Shown here in pieces: positions 18,712-28,039 of a DNA stretch of 64,000 nt (its first letter is position 1; each line of letters opens with the position of its first letter). The DNA comes from Bifidobacterium breve. GTDB taxonomy: Bacteria; Actinomycetota; Acidimicrobiia; Acidimicrobiales; Ilumatobacteraceae. A model generated the notes under the pieces. That model had not been told where the DNA came from and did not search any database. It saw only the letters and a list, made by a program, of their open reading frames with translations. A program made the translations under genes and the position numbers. The DNA lies in NCBI GenBank assembly GCA_945893395.1, contig CAMDEC010000002.1, positions 5,564 through 69,563 of the forward strand. The letters are read 5' to 3'.

Positions 18712-19643
18712 GCTTGGCCTCCGAGGTTTGATCCGCTGCCAAGAAGTTCAAACAGCACGGCCATGCGCACGGACACCCCGTTGGCAACTTGGCGATGAAT
18801 CAACGAATTCTTTACATCCGAAGGATCAATTTGCATTTCAACACCACGATTCATCGGTCCAGGGTGCATTACGATCGCGTTCGATCGCAGACCCATCACG
18901 CGCTTTTGCGTCAAACCATATTGCTCGCTATATTCACGCAGAGTTGGCACGTGTCCTTGGGCCATGCGCTCACTTTGGAGGCGCAACATATACAACACAT
19001 CGCTCTCGGCAAGCACCTCGTCGAGATCGTGCGAAACATCAACTGGCCAGTGCGAAATATCCGGTGGCAACAATGTCGGCGGGGCAACCAGGGTGACTTT
19101 GGCACCCAACATCGAGAACGCTTGAATATTGCTTCGTGCTACCCGCGAATGTTTGATGTCGCCGACGATCGTCACTTTCATTCCCGCAAAGTTTTGTGCA
19201 TGAGTCGCCTCGCGAATCGTGTAGCAATCTACAAGTGCCTGCGTTGGGTGCTGATGCGCGCCATCCCCTGCATTGATAATCGAGGCGGTTGTCCAAGCGC
19301 TGATCTGCCATGGAATGCCAACCGACTTGTGTCTGACGACGAATGCATCAACACCCATGTCGGTGATCGTCGCGACGGTGTCGCGCAACGACTCGCCTTT
19401 GTTGACGCTTGAAGTTGAGACGTTGAATGTCATCGTGTCGGCAGACAGCCTCTTGGCCGCCGTCTCAAAACTCAAGCGCGTGCGTGTTGAATCTTCGAAG
19501 AACAAACTGGCGACGGTGCGTCCACGTAGCGCGGGCACCTTTGGCACCGGTCGTTGATTGATCTCGGCCATGTGATCGGTCAGTTGCAACAACTTATTGA
19601 GACCATCTAGTCCAAGTTCGTCGATCGAACGCAAGTGCTTCAT
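18708..19643 (-). CDS. pyrB: aspartate carbamoyltransferase catalytic subunit
   Basis: 311 aa. STRTRLSFE, HPTQAL, HPGPMNRGVE motifs. Confidence 0.95.
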   Translation of the reverse strand: MKHLRSIDELGLDGLNKLLQLTDHMAEINQRPVPKVPALRGRTVASLFFEDSTRTRLSFETAAKRLSADTMTFNVSTSSVNKGESLRDTVATITDMGVDAFVVRHKSVGIPWQISAWTTASIINAGDGAHQHPTQALVDCYTIREATHAQNFAGMKVTIVGDIKHSRVARSNIQAFSMLGAKVTLVAPPTLLPPDISHWPVDVSHDLDEVLAESDVLYMLRLQSERMAQGHVPTLREYSEQYGLTQKRVMGLRSNAIVMHPGPMNRGVEMQIDPSDVKNSLIHRQVANGVSVRMAVLFELLGSGSNLGGQA

Positions 19644-20191
19644 GATTTCGCATCCACGAACGGAGTAACGAAAACACCCTGACTTGTCACTGACACTTCG
19701 TCACCGCGATGGGTTGGCAAGTTCTTGCCCACAAAATCTGGGCGAATCGGCAATTCGCGATGTCCGCGGTCGATCAGCACTGCAAGTTGCACTGCCCGTG
19801 GTCGACCGTAGTTGTTCAAGCCTTCCATCGCCGCCCTGACCGTACGACCCGTGAATAGCACGTCATCGACCACGACGACCGTCGCCCCCGATAAATCGAA
19901 CGGAATACTGCTGATCGCCCCGAGCGAAACTGGTCGCAAACCAATGTCGTCTCGGTGCAGGCTGACATCCAATGCGCCAACCGGCACTGCGACGGACTTT
20001 TCAATCTGGTTGATTTGCGCGGCTATCTCTTCGGCGATCCAGGTGCCGCCACGTTGCAGACCGACTATCGCCAACCCGTCAACGCCATGATTGCGCTCAA
20101 TTATTTCGTGGGCGATTCTCACAATTGCGCGACGCACATCGGCCGCGGTCATCGCTTCGCGCGACGAAACTTCGTTCGCAGACTTTCTCAT
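19640..20191 (-). CDS. pyrR: bifunctional pyr operon regulator / uracil phosphoribosyltransferase PyrR
   Basis: PRT motif VVVVDDVLFTGRTVRAA. The track starts at GTG 20197, but ATG 20191 sits 5 nt after a GGAGGAG SD (20203..20197), so ATG is preferred. Confidence 0.9.
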   Translation of the reverse strand: MRKSANEVSSREAMTAADVRRAIVRIAHEIIERNHGVDGLAIVGLQRGGTWIAEEIAAQINQIEKSVAVPVGALDVSLHRDDIGLRPVSLGAISSIPFDLSGATVVVVDDVLFTGRTVRAAMEGLNNYGRPRAVQLAVLIDRGHRELPIRPDFVGKNLPTHRGDEVSVTSQGVFVTPFVDAKS

Positions 20192-20207
20192 GTTCACTCC
20201 TCCGTTT

Positions 20208-20223
20208 GAGTCTCACAGGACTC
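20208..20223 (-). promoter_or_regulatory. candidate PyrR-binding stem-loop in the pyrR leader
   Basis: Minus RNA AGAGUC-CUGUGA-GACUC, 4 nt upstream of the SD. It resembles the recalled PyrR binding-loop consensus ARUCCAGAGAGGYU (UCC-G-GAG conserved). Confidence 0.45.
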
Positions 20224-20259
20224 TTTTTACGGTTGTTGACTTAATGATTTTCGGACTTC

Positions 20260-20268
20260 AATATATCA
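20260..20268 (-). promoter_or_regulatory. possible extended -10 promoter element (TGaTATATT) for the pyr operon
   Basis: Minus strand GGTGATATATTG. No convincing -35. It would give a leader of about 60 nt containing the PyrR hairpin. By-eye call only. Confidence 0.25.
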
Positions 20269-20291
20269 CCCTGCTTGCACAACCCTGTAAT

Positions 20292-21686
20292 TTAGGTTTT
20301 CTTGAATACGACCCACCACGAATTCGCAAAGGTGATTTCAAAGTTCGGCGAAACCTCCGACCAAATTTGTGCCATCTGGTCGTCCATGCTCTTGGGTAGA
20401 ACCACGTACTCGATCTCATCTACAAACGGCAATACGTCGCCAACTGCAAACGCATCAAGGCCGTATAGCGCCCTGCGAAACGGAACCGGGAAAGCATAAA
20501 TTCGCTCTCTGCGAGCCAAATGCGCGGTCAGTGGATGATAGGCACTCACCACCGCACTCGACGGAACTTTACTTAATGCCTCTCGGGCAGCCGAAACTGA
20601 TTCAAGTTTAGATCCGTTGTATGCGATCTGGGTGCGGCTCCCGACAAGCGGCGACCACATAAATGCCGAAAACAAACTCGTCACCGCACAAACTCCGACC
20701 AGAGACTTGCGAAACTTCTGCGGAAGGCGGCCTATCGCATGCACGGTGCCGAAAACCAAAATCGGCACGACTACGAACGAATAGTGATACTCAATATGAA
20801 ACTGATACCAAAAAGTGCTAACAATATTTGCCCCGACAACCAGAACTGCAATTGCTGCAACTTCGGGAAAAGCCAAGAAAATCATCGCCGTTGGCAAAGC
20901 CAACTGCAACAAATAATATGGCCGAGACTCGCTGACCAGGTAGCTTGCGACATCCAAGGGGTTTCTGAACAAATTACTGATCAAGCCACCCCATCCGCCA
21001 AAAGGTATGCGCCAAGAGTTGCGGAAACCCACACCATTGATCCCCTGTTGAATACCGAATATCGCCAGAATCATGTACCACAGCGACGCAGCGATAGTCG
21101 TCAATCCGGCTATTCGATTTTTGCGGAAAGTTATCCAAACTCCAAGAGGAATCAACACAAGTGCCACATCTTCTTTGACACTCAGGCTGAGAATCGCCAT
21201 GACAAAGAAAAGTCGCCAGCGATTTTCTAATGCGGCATACAGCGACCCGCCAATGAACAGGCCCAAAAATGAATCGGGGTGAAAATTTTCGAGACCAATC
21301 CAAACAGATGCAGGATGGATCAAATAGACGACGGCAAAAACCGTGGCGAACATCTCGCTGGCAAGTCGTTTGCGAGCGTACAAAAATACCGGAATCGCCC
21401 CGGCAGCGATTGCGATTGCTTGCACCACGAATAAAAACGAAGTTGAACCGATGAACCAGTAAAACGGCACCAAAAACAACAGAACAAAACTTGTATGGTC
21501 ACCAAAAAGGTTTCTTCCCATCAAAGTTACAAATGGATTCTTGAACTCTGATAGCAACCAAATGCCTTGATCGTAAAGCCCGAAGTCATAGGCAGATGTG
21601 TTCAGCCCTCGGTGCATTTCGACACTAAGCGCACTCAAATAAATCGCCATCAACAAGATTGCTGCGCCCGTGGCGGTTTGCCACAC
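20292..21686 (-). CDS. polytopic membrane protein, DUF2079-like (possible GT-C-type glycosyltransferase fold)
   Basis: 464 aa, GTG start. Many hydrophobic spans. N-terminal SAYDFGLYDQGIWLL...MGRNLFGDHTSFVLLFLVPFYW matches my recollection of DUF2079. The C-terminal ~110 aa are soluble. Confidence 0.6.
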   Translation of the reverse strand: MWQTATGAAILLMAIYLSALSVEMHRGLNTSAYDFGLYDQGIWLLSEFKNPFVTLMGRNLFGDHTSFVLLFLVPFYWFIGSTSFLFVVQAIAIAAGAIPVFLYARKRLASEMFATVFAVVYLIHPASVWIGLENFHPDSFLGLFIGGSLYAALENRWRLFFVMAILSLSVKEDVALVLIPLGVWITFRKNRIAGLTTIAASLWYMILAIFGIQQGINGVGFRNSWRIPFGGWGGLISNLFRNPLDVASYLVSESRPYYLLQLALPTAMIFLAFPEVAAIAVLVVGANIVSTFWYQFHIEYHYSFVVVPILVFGTVHAIGRLPQKFRKSLVGVCAVTSLFSAFMWSPLVGSRTQIAYNGSKLESVSAAREALSKVPSSAVVSAYHPLTAHLARRERIYAFPVPFRRALYGLDAFAVGDVLPFVDEIEYVVLPKSMDDQMAQIWSEVSPNFEITFANSWWVVFKKT

Positions 21687-21764
21687 TGTTATTTGGCTGG
21701 CTCTATAACGGAGATTCTTAAGTGTCGTACGCGTAAACTCAACTCCCTTCGACCCTGGGCAAGT

Positions 21765-22184
21765 TTAGACGCGGACTTTTTTCGCAATCGCTGAGAGTAT
21801 CCCGTTCACGTACTTTCCAGATTCATCGGTAGAGAAACGCTTGGCTAGTTCCACTGCCTCGTTGATTATCACCGCAATCGGCACTTCGGGTCGCTCAATC
21901 AGTTCGTAGATTGCCAACCTCAACACGTTGCGGTCTATTGCTGGCATGCGACCAATCGTCCAGGTGTGAGAAAACTCGGTGATCATTTCATCGGTCGTCG
22001 ACCGTAACGCTTCTACGGCGTTTGCCATCTGCGACACCGTGTCTTCGACTTTCAGAACCTGTGCCTGAATTACTTCGGCAACGTTTATATTGCGCGATTC
22101 GGCCTCATACAAAAAGTGGAGCACTCGTTCGCGGGCCGTGCTGCGAATGTCCTCCCCGAATTTGTGTTTACTGGGTGTCGACAT
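21765..22184 (-). CDS. nusB: transcription antitermination factor NusB
   Basis: 139 aa. ARERVLHFLYEAE...LRLAIYEL...VIINEAVELAK pattern. Follows efp as in most bacteria. Confidence 0.9.
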   Translation of the reverse strand: MSTPSKHKFGEDIRSTARERVLHFLYEAESRNINVAEVIQAQVLKVEDTVSQMANAVEALRSTTDEMITEFSHTWTIGRMPAIDRNVLRLAIYELIERPEVPIAVIINEAVELAKRFSTDESGKYVNGILSAIAKKVRV

Positions 22185-22747
22185 CAGACTCTCGTGATGT
22201 ATTCGCCAGAACGAGTGTCGACTTTGACTCGATCACCGATGTTCACGAATAGCGGCACTTGAATAACTTTGCCCGTTTCAAGGGTGGCCGGTTTGCGAGC
22301 ACCTGATACTCGGTCACCTTGAATGCCGGGTTCGGTCACAGCAATGTTCAGTTCGACTGTCACGGCGATTTCAACGCTGACAATCTCATCTTTATATTGC
22401 GCAATAATTGCTTTCGCACCCTCGACGAGGTAATCGGCCGATTCACCTAGCGCGCGTGGCGAAACGTTGATCTGCTCGTATGACGCGGTGTCCATGAACA
22501 CGAAGTCATCACCTTCTTTGTACAAAAACTGCATATCGGCCCGGTCAAGAATCGCTTGCTCAACCCGCACGCCGGCATTAAATGTGCGTTCCAAGATGTT
22601 GCTTGTTCTCAGGTTGCGCAATTTGGTGCGAACGAACGCACCGCCTTTGCCTGGTTTGACATGTTGAAAGTCGACGACCGTGTATAGCCCGTTATCGATC
22701 TCGAGAGTGATGCCGTTTTTTAGGTCGTTGGTTGTAATTGCAGGCAC
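22184..22747 (-). CDS. efp: elongation factor P
   Basis: 187 aa, GTG start. TNDLKNGITLEIDNGLY and the KPGKGGAFVRTKLRNL loop. Confidence 0.95.
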   Translation of the reverse strand: MPAITTNDLKNGITLEIDNGLYTVVDFQHVKPGKGGAFVRTKLRNLRTSNILERTFNAGVRVEQAILDRADMQFLYKEGDDFVFMDTASYEQINVSPRALGESADYLVEGAKAIIAQYKDEIVSVEIAVTVELNIAVTEPGIQGDRVSGARKPATLETGKVIQVPLFVNIGDRVKVDTRSGEYITRV

Positions 22748-23853
22748 TGTCGATCCTTTTTGCTTGTGGTAAGAATTCGGCAGCCACTTTGCGTAACGAC
22801 GACTAAGTCTTCAATTCGCACGCCACCGAGCCCTTCACGATAGACGCCTGGCTCGACGGTTACTACCTCGCCAACTTCAAGCGGCTCTGCGAATCCTGTT
22901 CTGACCCAAGGCATCTCGTGTATTTGCAAACCGACACCGTGACCAGTGCTGTGGGTGAATTCACTTCCAAAACCTGCGTCGACAATGTAGTCGCGACAAG
23001 TTTTATCAACATCTTGGGCCAACACGCCGGCCCGAACATGTGCCAGACCAAGCAACTGAGATTGACTCACTACTTCGTGCATCTCGCTCAAAACTGGGGC
23101 AACATCACCGATCAAATATGTTCGAGTCATGTCCGAGTGATAGCCGTCAACCAAACCACCCACGTCGATCACGACACTGTCCCCTGTCACGATTTGACGA
23201 GCCACGGGGCGATGGTGTGGACGTGCGGCGTTCGGTCCACTGGCCACGATCGTGTCGTAACTTGTGAACTCGGCACCATGGCGTCGCATCCGATAGTCAA
23301 GTTCGTCGCGAATATCTCGTTCAGTTAAACCCATCACGAGCATCGGCACGACTTCTTCGAGGGCTTTGTCGGTGGCGAGTGCCGCAAGTTGCATTCGCTG
23401 AATCTCTGGTTCAGTTTTCTTTCGTCGCAATTTGGGGATGACTGGCGCAACCTTTTGCAACTCGACAGACAACTGGTCTTTCATGCTTTCGTATTGACTG
23501 ACCGTCATCTCGCCAGCGTCGAACCCAATCGAACCCAAATTTTTCGTAGATTGTGCGAGGGCCTCGCGCATTGCTGCCGCACTTCGTCCTTCGATCACAT
23601 TGCAATTGGCTTCGGATGTTTTCAACTGCTCTCGTGCCTGATCTCCATATCGTCCGTCAACGACCAGAATCATGTCGTCAGGACGAACAATCAGCGTGCC
23701 GGCCGAACCCGTGAACCCCGTCAACCAGCGAATGTTGTTCAGGTCGGTCACCAGCAGCGACTTGATGTTTGCCACGCCGGATTTCTTTAGTTCTTGGCGT
23801 ACCGCGACATCTCGACCCGTGATGATCAGCGTCGAAACCGTTTGCGTAGTCAT
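22720..23853 (-). CDS. Xaa-Pro aminopeptidase/dipeptidase, M24B family
   Basis: 377 aa. Creatinase-like N-domain plus pita-bread fold with metal ligands in VVIDVGGLVDGYHSDMTRT, HSTGHGVGLQIHE, VVTVEPGVY, GGVRIED. The 3' end overlaps the efp start by 28 nt. Confidence 0.87.
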   Translation of the reverse strand: MTTQTVSTLIITGRDVAVRQELKKSGVANIKSLLVTDLNNIRWLTGFTGSAGTLIVRPDDMILVVDGRYGDQAREQLKTSEANCNVIEGRSAAAMREALAQSTKNLGSIGFDAGEMTVSQYESMKDQLSVELQKVAPVIPKLRRKKTEPEIQRMQLAALATDKALEEVVPMLVMGLTERDIRDELDYRMRRHGAEFTSYDTIVASGPNAARPHHRPVARQIVTGDSVVIDVGGLVDGYHSDMTRTYLIGDVAPVLSEMHEVVSQSQLLGLAHVRAGVLAQDVDKTCRDYIVDAGFGSEFTHSTGHGVGLQIHEMPWVRTGFAEPLEVGEVVTVEPGVYREGLGGVRIEDLVVVTQSGCRILTTSKKDRQCLQLQPTT

Positions 23854-23856
23854 GAC

Positions 23857-24315
23857 TTATTTCTTTTTCGCCAACAGGGCTGCCACGGCATGAACGGCAA
23901 ACACATATGAATCGGCGCCAAATCCGGCGATGGTACCTGAGGCAACCGGCGCGACGACACTCTCGTGACGCCAGGTTTCGCGCGTTGCAGGATTGGAAAG
24001 ATGAACCTCGATGATTGGTCCGCTAAAACTTGCCAACGCATCATGCAGACTCCAGGCAAAGTGAGTTAGCGCGCCAGGATTGATGATTATCGCGTCGCAA
24101 CTGCCTCGCGCCGAATGAATCGCGGTCACCAACTCAGCGGCGCTTTGAGCGCTGACTTTTTGCGTCTCAAGACCAAACTGCTTGGCCGCATCATCCACAC
24201 GTCGCATGTGGTCTTCAAGCGAATCGGTGCCGTAAATCTCTGGTTGGCGTTGGCCGAGCAGATTCAGATTTGGTCCACTAAGCACCAAGATCTTTCGCGC
24301 GTTTGTCTTAGCCAT
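23857..24315 (-). CDS. aroQ: type II 3-dehydroquinate dehydratase
   Basis: 152 aa. ILVLSGPNLNLLGQRQPEIYG, IIINPGALTH, EVHLSN. Confidence 0.93.
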   Translation of the reverse strand: MAKTNARKILVLSGPNLNLLGQRQPEIYGTDSLEDHMRRVDDAAKQFGLETQKVSAQSAAELVTAIHSARGSCDAIIINPGALTHFAWSLHDALASFSGPIIEVHLSNPATRETWRHESVVAPVASGTIAGFGADSYVFAVHAVAALLAKKK

Positions 24316-24325
24316 GGCTCTTAGA

Positions 24326-25351
24326 TTACTTCTCGTTCAGTTGCATTGCGTCAAATGCTTGATCCAGATGCTTTTCATCAATACCGTTCACTACTTCAAT
24401 ACCTGATGGGCCATCCAATACGAACGTCAGCCCCGAGACCGCTTTCTTGTCGCTGCGCATCAGGGCAACAAGGTCTTTACGATTGAATTTTTCGTCTGGC
24501 TTCGTTTTCAAACCATAAGTTTGACCAATTATTTTGTAGTGCTGATCAACTCGACTTTGGTCGATTCGGCCCATTGCATGAGCCACATGTGCAGCAAAAA
24601 TGATGCCAACGGCCACCGCCTCACCGTGGGCAAGCGCGAAATTGCTGGATCGCTCAAGGGCATGTGCCAGCGTGTGCCCATAATTGAGCAACGCTCGTCG
24701 CCCGCTCTCACGCTCGTCGCCCGAAACAATTTCTGCTTTGATTTCTACGCAGCGAGCGATTCGATCTGTCATCTCGAGACTGAGCAGATCATCTCCGGTC
24801 AAGAAGTGATATTTGGCAACTTCGCCGAGACCGCAGCGCATCTCACGGTCAGGCAAAGTCTTGAGCGCATCCAAGTCACAGATAACGCCACTTGGCTGCC
24901 AGAAAGCACCCACCAAATTTTTACCCTGTTTGATGTTCACACCGGTCTTGCCACCGATTGCGGCATCGACCATGCCGACCAACGAAGTCGCCACATGCAC
25001 AACCGCGGTGCCTCGGTGCCAACTTGCGGCGGCAAATCCGGCAACATCAGTGACCATTCCACCCCCGACACCAATAACCACATCATTGCGAGTCAAACCG
25101 AACTCGGCGAATTTATCCACAAGATTCTCGATCGTCTGCAAATTTTTGTGTTGCTCACCGTTGCCGATGTTGACCGTCGTACTGTCAATCTCAAGTTTGG
25201 GCATGAAATTAACTTCTTTTTGAGTTATGACTACGGCGCGCTTCGCACTCTTGGGGATCAGCGAGTTGATCTCAATGATCGCTCCGAAGCCGACCACCAC
25301 AGGATAGGAGCGCTCGCCCAGCGCAACATTTATGCGTCGCGTCGACATCAC
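24326..25351 (-). CDS. aroB: 3-dehydroquinate synthase
   Basis: 341 aa. GVGGGMVTDVAGFAAA, GEVAKY, NYGHTLAHALE. Confidence 0.92.
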   Translation of the reverse strand: MMSTRRINVALGERSYPVVVGFGAIIEINSLIPKSAKRAVVITQKEVNFMPKLEIDSTTVNIGNGEQHKNLQTIENLVDKFAEFGLTRNDVVIGVGGGMVTDVAGFAAASWHRGTAVVHVATSLVGMVDAAIGGKTGVNIKQGKNLVGAFWQPSGVICDLDALKTLPDREMRCGLGEVAKYHFLTGDDLLSLEMTDRIARCVEIKAEIVSGDERESGRRALLNYGHTLAHALERSSNFALAHGEAVAVGIIFAAHVAHAMGRIDQSRVDQHYKIIGQTYGLKTKPDEKFNRKDLVALMRSDKKAVSGLTFVLDGPSGIEVVNGIDEKHLDQAFDAMQLNEK

Positions 25352-25926
25352 TTCACCGCGGTTTCAGCCACTGACAGTTTGCAAGTCTCGATGACGTGAT
25401 TGACAACTTCGGCGACGTTAAAAGACGCGGTTGCAATTTTGTTTGTCGCGATCTGTTGATACAAACTCTCACGATCAATGCGCATCTGGTTCAATTGGCC
25501 GACCGGGTCGGCGTCGAGCAACGGTCGATGTTTGGCTCGACCGGCGCGGCCAACCAGCGTCGAAGTCGGCGCATCCAACCACACGATGCACTTGGCGTGA
25601 TCCTTGAGCAAGGTTCGATTCTCTTGGCGAAGTATCGCCCCTCCGGCGACGGCCAAGACCGTTGGCTGTGTGCACCTGCATGCCTCGGCAAGTGCCGATG
25701 ATTCGAGCCGACGAAATTCAACTTCACCCATCTGTGTGAAAATTTCTCGAACCGAGAGTTTGACGATCTTCTCGACCAGTTCATCCGAGTCGGCAAATTT
25801 GAAATTCAATTTCTTTGCCAAGGCCCGACCAACGCTGGTTTTTCCCGATCCCATTAACCCAATTAGCACGATTAAAGAGTTGGTTTGAGTCTGTGAACTA
25901 GAGGTCACTTTCAAGACCAAACTCAA
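25348..25926 (-). CDS. aroK: shikimate kinase
   Basis: P-loop LIGLMGSGKTSVGR. Longest form starts at TTG 25926 (TTGA overlap with aroC stop). GTG 25908 is an alternative start. Confidence 0.9.
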   Translation of the reverse strand: MSLVLKVTSSSQTQTNSLIVLIGLMGSGKTSVGRALAKKLNFKFADSDELVEKIVKLSVREIFTQMGEVEFRRLESSALAEACRCTQPTVLAVAGGAILRQENRTLLKDHAKCIVWLDAPTSTLVGRAGRAKHRPLLDADPVGQLNQMRIDRESLYQQIATNKIATASFNVAEVVNHVIETCKLSVAETAVK

Positions 25927-27086
25927 CTAATTCTCTGGGCGAAACTATTGAAATTGTTGACAAAGTCATCGACGCTGTCGCCCCCGAAATTGCGTTGCGC
26001 TTCTTGCGCCAACACGAGGGCGACCATCGTCTCGGCAACTACACCCATCGCCGGTACGGCGGTAACGTCGGTTCGCTCCTTGAAACTCACCGTCTCCTGC
26101 TTGGTCACAGTGTCAACGGTCTTTAATGTTGGTCGATTGAGTGTTGCCAGTGGTTTCATCGCCGCGCGCACAACAAGCATCTCGCCCGTTGACATGCCAC
26201 CCTCTGTGCCGCCAGCCAAACTTGTCGTGCGAGAATATTTATTTTCGGCTTCGTTCCAGATAATTGCGTCATGGGCATTGCTCCCGCGTCGTGCCGAGAC
26301 CTCAAAGCCGTCGCCGATCTCTACTCCCTTGACAGCCTGGATGCTCATTATCGCTTGGGCCAACAAGCCATCTAGTTTTCGGTCCCAGTGCACGTAACTA
26401 CCCAAACCAACAGGCATGCCATAGGCCAACACCTCAACGATGCCACCCAAACTGTCGCCGTCTTTGGCCGCACTTTCGACTTCAGCGATCATTTTTGCTT
26501 CGGCTTGAGCATTGAAACACCGCACAGGCGACTCGTCGATCTGGTCGAGATCATAAATTTGTGGTCGCACGAGGTTTTCGCTGCGTGCGTTGCCCAATTG
26601 CAGAACGTGCGAAAACACCGAAACATTAATTTGTTTGAGCAACAATTTGGCCAAAGCACCAGCCGCGACGCGAGCAGCGGTTTCACGGGCGCTTGCTCGC
26701 TCGAGAACATCGCGAGCATCGTCGAAACCATATTTCTGCATACCCGTCAAGTCAGCATGACCTGGTCGCGGTTGGGTCAATGGTTTTTTTGTTTTACCCG
26801 GCTCAGGAGACATCTCTTGATGCCACACGTCGCTGCGAAACCACTCACTATTCTTGATTTCAATAGCAACAGGTGAACCAAGCGTGCGACCATGGCGAAT
26901 GCCACCCACAAGTACGATCTCGTCTTGTTCGAATTTTTGTCGTGGTCCTCGCCCGAAACCCAATCGCCGCCTGGCGAGTTCGGCGTTGATATCTTGCGCG
27001 GTGACTTGCAATCCTGCTGGCAGCCCTTCGACGATCACAACCAGTGCTTGACCATGGCTTTCGCCCGCAGTTAAATAACGAAGCAT
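25923..27086 (-). CDS. aroC: chorismate synthase
   Basis: 387 aa. MLRYLTAGESHG, GRSSARETA-like SARETAARVAAG, GGMSTGE. Confidence 0.96.
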   Translation of the reverse strand: MLRYLTAGESHGQALVVIVEGLPAGLQVTAQDINAELARRRLGFGRGPRQKFEQDEIVLVGGIRHGRTLGSPVAIEIKNSEWFRSDVWHQEMSPEPGKTKKPLTQPRPGHADLTGMQKYGFDDARDVLERASARETAARVAAGALAKLLLKQINVSVFSHVLQLGNARSENLVRPQIYDLDQIDESPVRCFNAQAEAKMIAEVESAAKDGDSLGGIVEVLAYGMPVGLGSYVHWDRKLDGLLAQAIMSIQAVKGVEIGDGFEVSARRGSNAHDAIIWNEAENKYSRTTSLAGGTEGGMSTGEMLVVRAAMKPLATLNRPTLKTVDTVTKQETVSFKERTDVTAVPAMGVVAETMVALVLAQEAQRNFGGDSVDDFVNNFNSFAQRIS

Positions 27087-27157
27087 ACTTATCAGGCTAC
27101 CTCTGGGGTGCCGTCACTTTCGGGTCATTATTTTTCAATCAACTATCGGCAACAGAT

Positions 27158-28039
27158 CTAGAACGATTTGAGTGCGGCGTCGTGCATCAACTTCGTATCA
27201 CCGCTGCGCCCCAACCAAACTTGTTGTTGAAGTGCGGCTTGATGCACGAGCATCTCTAAACCATCCACAGTTTTTGCACCAACTTTCTGTGCGGCCGCAA
27301 GTAATGGCGTGGTCAATGGTCGATAGACGGCGTCGACCACGAGATGTTTGGAGTTGATTAGTCGCGCATCAATCGGCATCGAATTTGAATCGACGCTGGC
27401 AACACCACTCGGGTTGAAACCAACGGGCGTCGTATTGACGATGATCTGCGCCTGTCCGATCTCATCTGGCAGTTCTTTCAGTTCGATCACGCGACACGAA
27501 CCACCGATCATTTGAGTCAGCGCACGAGCACGATCGACAGTCCGATTGAACACGACAACTTCTTTTGCCCCATTCTTCAACAGCGAATAAACCACTGCAC
27601 TGGCCGTGCCGCCCGCACCGATCACGACAACTTGGGTACCCGCTATTTTTACGTTCGCCGTCATCTCAATCGCGTTGCAGCATCCTTGTCCGTCTGTGTT
27701 CGTGGCGAACAAAGATTGATCGGCGCGCAACATTACGGTATTCGCTGATTTTGTCTTGCGGACTACTTCATCCACCTCGCCGATTTCCCCAACAATATTG
27801 GCGACTTCGTTTTTATGTGGCATTGTCACCGATAGGCCGACTATGCCGAGAGCCGGCATTGCTTCAAGTGCGCGGTGTAATTGATTTGATTCAACCAAAA
27901 ATGCAAGATACAACCAGTCGACACCCAACGCTCGAAACACCGCGTTATGAATTGTCGGCGACAAACTTTGTGCGACTGGATTTCCGATGATTGCGGCCAA
28001 CTTGGTGTTCGAACCAATAGTCATTGGTTTTTGGCTCAC
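27158..28039 (-). CDS. aroE: shikimate dehydrogenase
   Basis: 293 aa. GNPVAQSLSPTIHNA, LSVTMPHK, Rossmann VIGAGGTASAVVYSL. Confidence 0.9.
   Translation of the reverse strand: MSQKPMTIGSNTKLAAIIGNPVAQSLSPTIHNAVFRALGVDWLYLAFLVESNQLHRALEAMPALGIVGLSVTMPHKNEVANIVGEIGEVDEVVRKTKSANTVMLRADQSLFATNTDGQGCCNAIEMTANVKIAGTQVVVIGAGGTASAVVYSLLKNGAKEVVVFNRTVDRARALTQMIGGSCRVIELKELPDEIGQAQIIVNTTPVGFNPSGVASVDSNSMPIDARLINSKHLVVDAVYRPLTTPLLAAAQKVGAKTVDGLEMLVHQAALQQQVWLGRSGDTKLMHDAALKSF

Noticed and set aside
18338-19096. 252-aa plus-strand ORF spanning the pyrC/pyrB junction
   Set aside because: Antisense to two well-supported genes. Arg/Ser/Pro-rich. Shadow ORF.
21728-21735. 8-bp perfect palindrome TACGCGTA upstream of the DUF2079 gene as a possible operator
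   Set aside because: Palindromes of this length are expected many times by chance in 64 kb, and there is no second half-site or repeat.
24521-25399. 292-aa plus-strand ORF
   Set aside because: Antisense to aroB (and the aroK 3' end). No motifs. The minus-strand frame carries clear AroB signatures.
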